Positions 8,889-16,720 of a DNA stretch of 28,293 nt are shown here, piece by piece. The notes under the pieces were generated by a model, which ran no database searches, was not told where the DNA came from, and saw only the letters and a list, made by a program, of their open reading frames with translations. Position 1 is the first letter of the stretch; every line of letters starts with the position of its first letter. Position numbers and translations under genes: made by a program. Source of the DNA: a virus (Duplodnaviria > Heunggongvirae > Uroviricota > Caudoviricetes); IMG/VR virus record IMGVR_UViG_3300031760_000004, positions 1 to 28,293 of that record. One strand, 5' to 3'.

Positions 8889-10586
8889 ATGCTGAACGCC
8901 GGATATCTTACGTCAAATGCCGCCACCGCGTGGCCGTTCGACGCCGACTCCTCCGGGCCGGCGCTGGACATGCGCGTGGCGTCGTTCTTCGCCGACGGGG
9001 CGGTGGTCCTGCAGCCCGGCGAGCAGGGCGTCCCCGTGCTCGTGGGCGACGTGCGGGCCGCGGAAGGGGCGTTCGGGTTCACGCTGTCCAAGGGGGACGA
9101 GGCAGAGCGCGTGTCCGTTGACCGGTTCGACGGCGAGTACACCGTCGTCAGGCGCGGGTGGTGCTTCTTCGTCCTCAGCAACCACGACATCCTGGAGGCC
9201 ATCGGCGACGGCGGCTACGAGTCAGCCGGGCCGTTCAGGCTGGACCCGTCGGCCACGTCCATGACGCCGGACAGGGTCACGTCGTTCACGCTCTACAACC
9301 ATTTCGGGACCGGCGAGCTTGTCCCGACGCACTCCGGAATCTCCGGGGATGTCTCGATACGCGGGGGCACAAACGTGTACGCCGGCCTTGATTTCGCACG
9401 TGGTTTCCACCCGGGTGTGCCGGATGTCAGCGGAGTCCTCCCGAACGGATTCCTCGGAAACGCGTTCGTCATATCCGCGGTTCCTGGCGAGGGTACCGGA
9501 ACGGTCCCGTGCGGCACGACAGACTGCGGCGACAAAACGGCCGGTACTGGGTCGATCGTGCCGGACGACGAGGGCGACTTCGTGCTGGAGGGCGACGACT
9601 GCCACCAGATAACCACGTACGGCAACGTGATCCGAATTACCGGAAGGTGCACCCCGTGCTGCCAGTGCGAGGACTACAAGGCGACCGGCGACCGGCTGGG
9701 GGAGCAGGCCAGGTCCGTCATAGACGTGTACTCCAGGGCGCTTGCCGACTCCGAGCTCTACAACACGTACGCCAGGAAGTTCAACCGCGCTCTGAGAAGC
9801 GTGTCGCCTGACGAGCTCGTGGTCAAGTGCATGGCGCTCACGCAGCGCATAGAAGCCGGATCCGCCCATCCGGTGAACATGTCGAGCGTCACGGGGTCCA
9901 TAGACCGAGGGCAGGGGCTTGTCGTGATCGAGAACGCCTCCCCCGTCCAGGTGCACGTCACCGTGGGCGTCGACATGGCCCCGCAGAAAATCGCGATGGC
10001 CAGCGTCGTTGAACCAGTGGACTCAAGTTCCGGCACGGTGAACACCAGGACCAGGACGGTGTACGCCGGCGGCAGCATAGTCAGAATGGTCACGGACATA
10101 TTCACTCTGGATTTCCACGGCGTCGAGATACCCGACTACAGCGCGGTTGACTCGTTGCTCGCGGTCGACGTCGAGGTGTGGGACTTTTGCGACTCGAACG
10201 ACTCCAATGATTCGAACGACTCCAATGATTCGAACGACTCGAACGATTCAAATGACTGTCCGAGACTTGTCGCCGTCTACCGGGCGGGATCGTCGGTCAC
10301 CGCCGAGATGATAGACGTGTGCTTCATGTACGGGATACGCGAGCTTGACGTGTATCGGTCGGCCGGCCTGTCCTACTCCGTGTCGATCAAGCCCGGGTCC
10401 GCCATCTCCATGAGGGTTTACGGGGCCAGCACCGCCATGACCACATCCACGGAATGCCATGTGTCCGGATATGCGCGCTTCAGGTGGACCGAGGAATACG
10501 ATTCCGGGGAAGAGTCCAACGACGGCGCGGAGACGAAGCGCGGAGCGCTGGTGAAGTGGTTCTCGGCGAGCCAGGAGGTGAAGTGA
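8889..10586 (+). CDS. Structural protein, paralogue 2, with Cys-flanked (DSN)7 tract
   Basis: TAG-C-ATG junction; YLTSNAATAWPF; RCTPCCQC; C-(DSN)7-D-C. Confidence 0.75.
   Translation: MLNAGYLTSNAATAWPFDADSSGPALDMRVASFFADGAVVLQPGEQGVPVLVGDVRAAEGAFGFTLSKGDEAERVSVDRFDGEYTVVRRGWCFFVLSNHDILEAIGDGGYESAGPFRLDPSATSMTPDRVTSFTLYNHFGTGELVPTHSGISGDVSIRGGTNVYAGLDFARGFHPGVPDVSGVLPNGFLGNAFVISAVPGEGTGTVPCGTTDCGDKTAGTGSIVPDDEGDFVLEGDDCHQITTYGNVIRITGRCTPCCQCEDYKATGDRLGEQARSVIDVYSRALADSELYNTYARKFNRALRSVSPDELVVKCMALTQRIEAGSAHPVNMSSVTGSIDRGQGLVVIENASPVQVHVTVGVDMAPQKIAMASVVEPVDSSSGTVNTRTRTVYAGGSIVRMVTDIFTLDFHGVEIPDYSAVDSLLAVDVEVWDFCDSNDSNDSNDSNDSNDSNDSNDCPRLVAVYRAGSSVTAEMIDVCFMYGIRELDVYRSAGLSYSVSIKPGSAISMRVYGASTAMTTSTECHVSGYARFRWTEEYDSGEESNDGAETKRGALVKWFSASQEVK
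10191..10256 (+). repeat. In-frame (DSN)7-D repeat, site 4
   Basis: Seven GAY-TCN-AAY units plus GAC, flanked by TGC and TGT (Cys). Confidence 0.95.
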
Positions 10587-11335
10587 TGGATTCCGCCAGG
10601 GAACTTCCGGGCGCTCTCGGCCCGTCTGTAAGCCAGCCCCAGTGGGAAAGCGGCAACGTGTCCGTTAGGTTCCCGTTCGCGGACGACGCCGGCCCCGAGG
10701 GATACCCGTTCAATGCGATTTCCGACGCCTGCGTGGTCATACCGTCCGGGCGGGAGGCGTCGGACGAGACGGTGTCCGTGGGCTGCCTGCACATAGGCCC
10801 GTCCATGGTGTCCGTCATGATATACGCCGGCGACGAGCCAGTCCTGTGCAGGCATGTGCCAAAGTCGGTGTTCGAGCCCTTCACGCCGTTCGCCCTTGAG
10901 CCAATGAGGCCCGGCTGCTCCGGGTTCGTGTCGTTCGGCGACATCAGGTTCGAGTCGTTCAGGGACCCGGTCATGCTGCGCGACAGGGTCAGACTTTCGG
11001 ACTCCGCCGTCATCAGGCCGGTGGTTGGCCGTTTGACGAAGTTCATAAAGCCAGAGACGGGGTCCGAGGCCAGCGGCATAGTGGGAATAGTGGTGCCGCA
11101 GGAGGTTTCGGTCGCCCGCGAGCTCGATCCGGACGGACGGGAGGTCGGCCACGAATCGGTGGTCGGCTTCTCGCTGGACGCGGATGGCCTTGACCTGGTG
11201 TCGGTCGGATGCGACGCCGCGGAGGCGGAGGCCGGTTCGCCGGTTCCGGTCAGCTCCGTAAACGGGCTGCAACCCGACGAGAACGGCGTCATAGCCGTGG
11301 TGTTCGCCAGGGACGAGTCGGAGGTGCCGGAATGA
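10586..11335 (+). CDS. Structural protein, paralogue 3
   Basis: Start moved to the TGATG overlap at 10586; WESGNVSVRFPF; C-terminal SVNGLQPDENG. Confidence 0.7.
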   Translation: MDSARELPGALGPSVSQPQWESGNVSVRFPFADDAGPEGYPFNAISDACVVIPSGREASDETVSVGCLHIGPSMVSVMIYAGDEPVLCRHVPKSVFEPFTPFALEPMRPGCSGFVSFGDIRFESFRDPVMLRDRVRLSDSAVIRPVVGRLTKFIKPETGSEASGIVGIVVPQEVSVARELDPDGREVGHESVVGFSLDADGLDLVSVGCDAAEAEAGSPVPVSSVNGLQPDENGVIAVVFARDESEVPE

Positions 11336-12363
11336 TTCTTCCGTCGGTGACAGGCACAAGGTACGCAGAGCACGAGAATCTCAACTCGTACCGCAACTAC
11401 CCGTTTTCGGAAACCGCCGACCTTAGGGACGGGTCCGGGTCGCGGATCGCGTCCGACGTGTTCACGGACGCCATGCTGTACCCCGTGGTGACGGAGGCCC
11501 GGAGACTTAGGCTGTCGGTTCTCGACTGCGCCTCCGGGGAGGTCGCGGTGACTGACGGCGAAACCGTGGTCTCAGGGTCGGAGTCCGACGGATCCGTGGA
11601 ACTGTACGACGCGTACGGCAGGCATGCCGGCACAATTGTGTGCGGACCCGGCTGGGACAGGGAGCGGCAGTCCGGCAGGCGCCGCGAGTTCGACGGGCTG
11701 TGGTTCGCCCCGCAGGCGGAATGCCCGGTGGTGCACTCTGGCGTCATGGGGCTGGCGGACGAGGGCCGCACATGGCGCACCACGAGGCGCGACATCGTGC
11801 TCAGGGGGGACGGGAACATCACGCCGGTGCTCTCGGATACCGAATCCGGGCCCGTATTGAGGTTCGACGCCCAGTATGAGCCGCCGGCGTCCGGCAGGCG
11901 GCTCGTCAGGCAGATCCTGTTCGCCACGGCGGGGCAGACCATGTTCGAGATTTCGGAGTCGGGCGAGGATTCGGCCGTTGAGCTGTCCATGTCCGAGATG
12001 GACCGCGAGGACGTATGCTGGCACGCCCACCTGGGCGACGACGTCGCCGTGGTGGCCGACGCCTGCTCGGGCGGCGGGCAGGAACCGTGCGGACCGGTGT
12101 TCGTCGGGGTCAAGGCGGACGAGGTCAGGGTCTGCCCGTCCGACATCGGGAACATCGAGATAATAGCCGACGACGCCGTCGGGTTCAAGAACCCGGTCAA
12201 GGTGTCCGCCGTCGAGGGCGGGGCCGTCGCGCCGAGGCCGCAGATCGTCGGCGGGATGTCCCAGGAGGACATATTCGCCGAGGCGTCCAAGATGCTTCAG
12301 CGCCCCGTCACCGTCGGCAACGGGGTCAGAATAGGCATACCGGGGGTCAACCATGGCTGGTAG
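11332..12363 (+). CDS. Structural protein, paralogue 4
   Basis: Start moved to the ATGA overlap at 11332; HENLNSYRNYPF. Confidence 0.7.
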   Translation: MILPSVTGTRYAEHENLNSYRNYPFSETADLRDGSGSRIASDVFTDAMLYPVVTEARRLRLSVLDCASGEVAVTDGETVVSGSESDGSVELYDAYGRHAGTIVCGPGWDRERQSGRRREFDGLWFAPQAECPVVHSGVMGLADEGRTWRTTRRDIVLRGDGNITPVLSDTESGPVLRFDAQYEPPASGRRLVRQILFATAGQTMFEISESGEDSAVELSMSEMDREDVCWHAHLGDDVAVVADACSGGGQEPCGPVFVGVKADEVRVCPSDIGNIEIIADDAVGFKNPVKVSAVEGGAVAPRPQIVGGMSQEDIFAEASKMLQRPVTVGNGVRIGIPGVNHGW

Positions 12364-13081
12364 CACTCTTCAGGAATGGCTCGACAGGAACGCCCACAGG
12401 AGGTTCCCGTTCGTGGAGGACTCCGACCTGTCGTGCGAGAACGGGGCGGAGCTTCCGAACGAACTGCTCCTCGACGCCAGGTTCTGCCTGTTCGGCCTGG
12501 AGGACGGCCCGGCGCTTGTCAGGTCGGCGACCATACGCGACGACGGGTCGGCATCGATGGTCGTGGATCTCCCGGGTCTCCAAGGCGTCGAGATCCCGGC
12601 GTCAGGGGTGTGGTCCCGGCCCCCGGACTACTCGGCGAGGGTCGTGTTCGGGTTCAGAGGTCGCCTCGTCCCGCTCGCCGGCGAATACCGGCTTGTCACC
12701 CCGGCGCCGATACTGCGGAGCAGGATCCTGTCCGTGCCGTACGGAATAGGCGCCGACACGCTGACGTGCGGCGGGGTCACGGCCCACGGGGCCATCAGGG
12801 TCGCAGACGGCCACAACACCACGCTGGACATCGGCGGGAACAACCTCGTGCTCGCGCTGGGGAAGGGCAGGGGGCTTGGCGTGGTCTGCCGGGACGACCC
12901 CAAGGCCGAACTTTGCGACGGAAAAGTGCTATACTTCTTAAACGGGCAGAAGGCCGACTCGGACGGAAACATAGACATTCTCGCCGGTGAGGGGGTGTCC
13001 GTGACAACCGGAACCTACAAGGGCATTCCCGCGGTCATAGTAAAGACCTCGGCTGTCGTCAATGGATTCGCATATGGCTGA
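12353..13081 (+). CDS. Structural protein, paralogue 5
   Basis: [34 protein letters not shown]; 11-nt overlap with the upstream gene. Confidence 0.75.
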   Translation: MAGSTLQEWLDRNAHRRFPFVEDSDLSCENGAELPNELLLDARFCLFGLEDGPALVRSATIRDDGSASMVVDLPGLQGVEIPASGVWSRPPDYSARVVFGFRGRLVPLAGEYRLVTPAPILRSRILSVPYGIGADTLTCGGVTAHGAIRVADGHNTTLDIGGNNLVLALGKGRGLGVVCRDDPKAELCDGKVLYFLNGQKADSDGNIDILAGEGVSVTTGTYKGIPAVIVKTSAVVNGFAYG

Positions 13082-14915
13082 AAGAAAGACAAGATCCGAC
13101 AATTGTCTGGGAATGTGCGTGCGGGAGGCGTTCGACCTCCCGCCCGAATGCTTTGTCGGAAAGCCTGACATCCCAGACATCGTGGTGTGCGAGCTTCCAA
13201 AGCTCCTCGCCACGGACTCCGAGAGGAGGTTCGAGCCCGTCGTGCTCCCAGGGCCTGACTTCAATGTGGACTGCTACTGCATCGACGTTAACGTCAGCGC
13301 CAAGGTTGGCAAGTCTTCCACTTCGGCCGGCGGGTCGTGGAGCGTCAGCAAGTCCGGAAGCGGCGACTGCTGCGAGGGGCGGTACGACCTCGACTTAACG
13401 TTCCCGTGCTTCCCCACCGTGGAGCTGGACTCTGACTGCTCGATAGAGATAGAGGAAAGCGAACTCCCGCCGGACCCAGACAATCCGGACGGATGCGGAG
13501 GGAAGCTGTACTACTTCAAGGCCAACATTCCGGCCATAAACCTGACTGGCCCCTGCGTAAGCGGAGGCGCGACGATAGGCCCGGACGGATGCGTGTTGTC
13601 GTACGATTTCGAGGTCAACTCGCCGGTCATAACCATCGACGGCGACTGCACCATCGACGTCGGCCCGGCCCGCGACGGTGGAAGCGACGACCAGTGCGGC
13701 GACAAGCACTACCAGCTCCACGTCAATTTCCCGGAGATAAGCGTAATCCCGGCCGACTGCACCATAAATGTGGATCCGGAATGCAGCGAGGGCGGTGACG
13801 ATGATGGGTGCGGGCCGAAGACGTTCGCGATCAGCGCCAACATACCTACAATCTCCATCACCGGCCCGTGCGTCACCGACAACTCAACGGTGGCGTCCGG
13901 GTGTGCTACGGAGTACAGTTTCGAGATCAACCCGCCGAACATCTCGTTCACCGGCGGCGACATCGAGATAACGCAGACGGCAGGTGAAGACCCGTGCGAC
14001 ATGGTGTTCGACGCCAAGGTCAATTTCCCCACGGTGAACGTGGTCGTGGAGGGATGCTCTGACATGCTCGAGGCGGATGTCACCCAGCCAACTGATGATA
14101 GCCGTGAGACCAAGATTACGCTCACTGCGAATCCGCCCAGCGCGGAGGGGTCTGTCAGCATAGACGGTTGCGGCGTCGGCGCCATAACGCTCAAGCAGGT
14201 CGGATGCTCTTATGTCCTCGACGGCGGAATAGACCTGTCGGGCTGCAAGGGCGACAAGGGCGACCCCGGGCAGGACGGCGAGGACGGCGAGAAGGGCGAT
14301 CCTGGACCGTGCCCGTGCGACGGTCCCACGGGTGCGCCTGGAAACCCCGGTGAGGACGGCCCCCCTGGGGAACAGGGTCCGACTGGCGAATCTGGTGCGC
14401 CTGGAGACCCCGGTGAGGACGGCCCCCCTGGGGAACAGGGTCCGACTGGCGATGGCGGACAGTCAGGCCCGACCGGCAAGGAGGGTCCACGCGGCGCAGC
14501 CGGCGAGGTCGGAGAGAGAGGTCCGACAGGCAAGGAGGGCTGCCCCGGGCCGCAGGGCCCCAGAGGCGCGAAGGGACCTACCGGCCAGGGCAGCGACGGG
14601 CCGACAGGCCCGAAGGGCCCGACAGGTCCGTCAGGACCCACGGGACCGACCGGCCCCACCGGACCTACCGGCCCCACCGGACCGACCGGCCCCACCGGAC
14701 CCACAGGTCTGGAGGGTCCCACGGGGATATCGGTCGGGTATCCCGGCATCGACGGGCCCACCATGCTTGAGTTCGCGATGTCGAACTACGAGTTCGAGGT
14801 GAAGCCATACGGCCAGGGCCTGTTCATGAAGGTGCCGTACTACGAGGTAAGCATCGAGCACGGGCTTATAACCGAAGTTTCTGGGCCGTATTCAAGGGAA
14901 TGGCGCATCCAGTAG
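13074..14915 (+). CDS. Cys-rich repeat plus collagen-like fibre protein
   Basis: About 7-8 N-x-P-x-I/Cys repeats, then Gly-X-Y tract 14241-14723 rich in GPT. Start at 13074 (8-nt overlap) preferred over 13062. Confidence 0.75.
   Translation: MAERKTRSDNCLGMCVREAFDLPPECFVGKPDIPDIVVCELPKLLATDSERRFEPVVLPGPDFNVDCYCIDVNVSAKVGKSSTSAGGSWSVSKSGSGDCCEGRYDLDLTFPCFPTVELDSDCSIEIEESELPPDPDNPDGCGGKLYYFKANIPAINLTGPCVSGGATIGPDGCVLSYDFEVNSPVITIDGDCTIDVGPARDGGSDDQCGDKHYQLHVNFPEISVIPADCTINVDPECSEGGDDDGCGPKTFAISANIPTISITGPCVTDNSTVASGCATEYSFEINPPNISFTGGDIEITQTAGEDPCDMVFDAKVNFPTVNVVVEGCSDMLEADVTQPTDDSRETKITLTANPPSAEGSVSIDGCGVGAITLKQVGCSYVLDGGIDLSGCKGDKGDPGQDGEDGEKGDPGPCPCDGPTGAPGNPGEDGPPGEQGPTGESGAPGDPGEDGPPGEQGPTGDGGQSGPTGKEGPRGAAGEVGERGPTGKEGCPGPQGPRGAKGPTGQGSDGPTGPKGPTGPSGPTGPTGPTGPTGPTGPTGPTGPTGLEGPTGISVGYPGIDGPTMLEFAMSNYEFEVKPYGQGLFMKVPYYEVSIEHGLITEVSGPYSREWRIQ
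14331..14452 (+). repeat. 63-bp-period tandem duplication inside collagen tract
   Basis: GGTGCGCCTGGA(A/G)ACCCCGGTGAGGACGGCCCCCCTGGGGAACAGGGTCCGACTGGCGA at 14331 and 14394, one mismatch in 59 bp. Confidence 0.95.
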
Positions 14916-14923
14916 GAGGCATT

Positions 14924-15367
14924 ATGGAAATAGAGGTGACATACAGGCAGTCGGAGACGAAGGACGGGCTGTACGCGTACGCCCTGCACGTGGAGGCCCG
15001 GCCGGTGCCGGACGACTCCAACGACTCAAACGACGCCGATGCGAACATCTTCGTGTTCAGGAGGTCCACTCCGACGATGAACCCGCACGGCGTCACAGAT
15101 GCCGTAGTCGACGACGAGTTCTTCAACGTGGCGACCCCGGTCGACATGTACGACATTCCGGCCAAGGAGCCGGACGTCGAACATGGAATGCCGTATTTCC
15201 GGGATTCCAGGGTCGAGCTATGGTTCCGGAACTTCGAGGATGTCCTGAGGGCCAAGCGCGAGATGTCCGAGGACATTGCATCTCTTGTCCGTTTGTGGGA
15301 TAATATAAACGATGAGGCCACGTTCAAGTACGGCGAGACACGCACGTACGGCACGCCCTCTGAATGA
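14924..15367 (+). CDS. Hypothetical protein with DSN repeat
   Basis: GGAGG SD at 14915-14919 supports ATG 14924; 147 aa. Confidence 0.75.
   Translation: MEIEVTYRQSETKDGLYAYALHVEARPVPDDSNDSNDADANIFVFRRSTPTMNPHGVTDAVVDDEFFNVATPVDMYDIPAKEPDVEHGMPYFRDSRVELWFRNFEDVLRAKREMSEDIASLVRLWDNINDEATFKYGETRTYGTPSE
15014..15034 (+). repeat. In-frame DSN-type repeat, site 5
   Basis: GAC TCC AAC GAC TCA AAC GAC = DSNDSND. Confidence 0.85.
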
Positions 15368-15380
15368 AGTGGAGACCGCA

Positions 15381-15731
15381 ATGCCAGAACAACCACAACC
15401 TGCGCCAAGGCCGCAAAGGCCGCCCAAGCCGACGATACTGTCGGTAGACCACATAAAGCGCGCCATCGGCGACGCGAACTTCTACACCGCGCTTCCCGAG
15501 TTTCTCGCGGTAAAGCGCAAGATGGACGCGATGCACGTGGACTTCAACTCGGGCTGCAGCCCGTGCAAGAAGCGCCGCGTGGCCACCAGCCTCACCTCGG
15601 ACTTCGTGTCGATTCTGACCGGGCTGTCCGACGACGGCCTGGCCAGGGTCAAGAAGTACCTTGGCGTGCCGAGGCTTCTCGTAAGGTCAATGAACCAGCA
15701 GACGCGCAAGGTGGAGATGAAGGAAATCTAG
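15381..15731 (+). CDS. Small hypothetical protein with CxxC (GCSPCKKRR)
   Basis: GGAG SD at 15371 supports ATG 15381; 116 aa. Confidence 0.7.
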   Translation: MPEQPQPAPRPQRPPKPTILSVDHIKRAIGDANFYTALPEFLAVKRKMDAMHVDFNSGCSPCKKRRVATSLTSDFVSILTGLSDDGLARVKKYLGVPRLLVRSMNQQTRKVEMKEI

Positions 15732-15732
15732 C

Positions 15733-16716
15733 ATGTGCTCCTTCAACGACAACGAGCTGATACCGATGCTACCGGACGAACGCCCGGAGCTTGTCGCCGC
15801 GTCGCTGGCGTCCCTGCACGACTACAACAGGGACTTGTCCAACATCCCGGCCATGTGGAGGCACACGAAGGGTGCCGGCGTGAAGGTGGCCGTCCTGGAC
15901 ACCGGGATGCCACGGCACCGCGACCTGTCGGTGGTAGGCGCTCAGTCGTTCATTTCAGGATATCTCGAGGACTGCCAGGGCCATGCCACGGCAGTAGGCT
16001 CGATAATCTCGGGACTCGGATGCGCCAGCACGGGCGTGGCCGGCGTCGCGCCGGACGCCGACATGTACTACGGGGTTGTGCTGAACTCGTCCGGTGCCGG
16101 CTCGATGACCTCCGTGGCGCAGGGGATAAACTGGGCGGTGGACGAGATACACGCCGACGTGATCAACCTTTCGCTTGGCACGCCGCATGCCTACGGGTGC
16201 GACCCGAAGGTGCAGGCCGCCTGCAGGCACGCCTATGAGAATGGCGTAGTCGTGGTCGGCGCCGCCGGAAACGACGCCAGGGACGTCAACTGGCCGGCGG
16301 CCCTCGATACAGTGATAGCCGTGGCCGCCGTCGACCGCAACCTCAAGGCGGCCTCGTTCTCGGCCCGCGGCCCCGAAGTCGAGTTCGCCGCCGGCGGCGT
16401 GTCCGTCATGACGGCCTACCTTGACAATGGCTACGCCACCTTATCAGGCACGTCGTTTTCGGCCCCAGTGGTCACGGGGATCATAGCCCTCATAATCTCC
16501 GAGCATCGTTCCCGCGGTATCAAGATGTCCCCAGAGGAGGTGCGTCAGCATCTGAAGGAGATAGCCTACGACGTGGGAGCCGAGGGCCGTGACAACGAGA
16601 CCGGATGGGGAGTCCCGGTCTTCACAAAGGACACCTTCAACGCCACGGGCCGCCCCGGCAAGCCGAAGGTGCTTTCATGGTTCGGGCGGATTCTGAGAGC
16701 TTTGAAGTGGTGGTAG
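15733..16716 (+). CDS. S8 family (subtilisin-like) serine peptidase
   Basis: VAVLDTG (Asp), GHAT (His), VINLSLG, AAGN (oxyanion Asn) and SGTSFSAP (Ser) are all present in the correct order. Confidence 0.93.
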   Translation: MCSFNDNELIPMLPDERPELVAASLASLHDYNRDLSNIPAMWRHTKGAGVKVAVLDTGMPRHRDLSVVGAQSFISGYLEDCQGHATAVGSIISGLGCASTGVAGVAPDADMYYGVVLNSSGAGSMTSVAQGINWAVDEIHADVINLSLGTPHAYGCDPKVQAACRHAYENGVVVVGAAGNDARDVNWPAALDTVIAVAAVDRNLKAASFSARGPEVEFAAGGVSVMTAYLDNGYATLSGTSFSAPVVTGIIALIISEHRSRGIKMSPEEVRQHLKEIAYDVGAEGRDNETGWGVPVFTKDTFNATGRPGKPKVLSWFGRILRALKWW

Positions 16717-16720
16717 AGCG

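Noticed and set aside
10191-10256. Short direct repeats as a CRISPR array
   Set aside because: Contiguous 9-bp units with no spacers, in frame within a gene; no cas genes visible
4055-15580. Eukaryotic giant-virus origin (collagens, Cys-rich proteins, sequons, NLS-like KKRKR and KKRR)
   Set aside because: gp25 and baseplate J genes, SD motifs, a sigma70-type promoter and overlapping start/stop coupling all indicate a bacterial virus; short basic runs are common by chance
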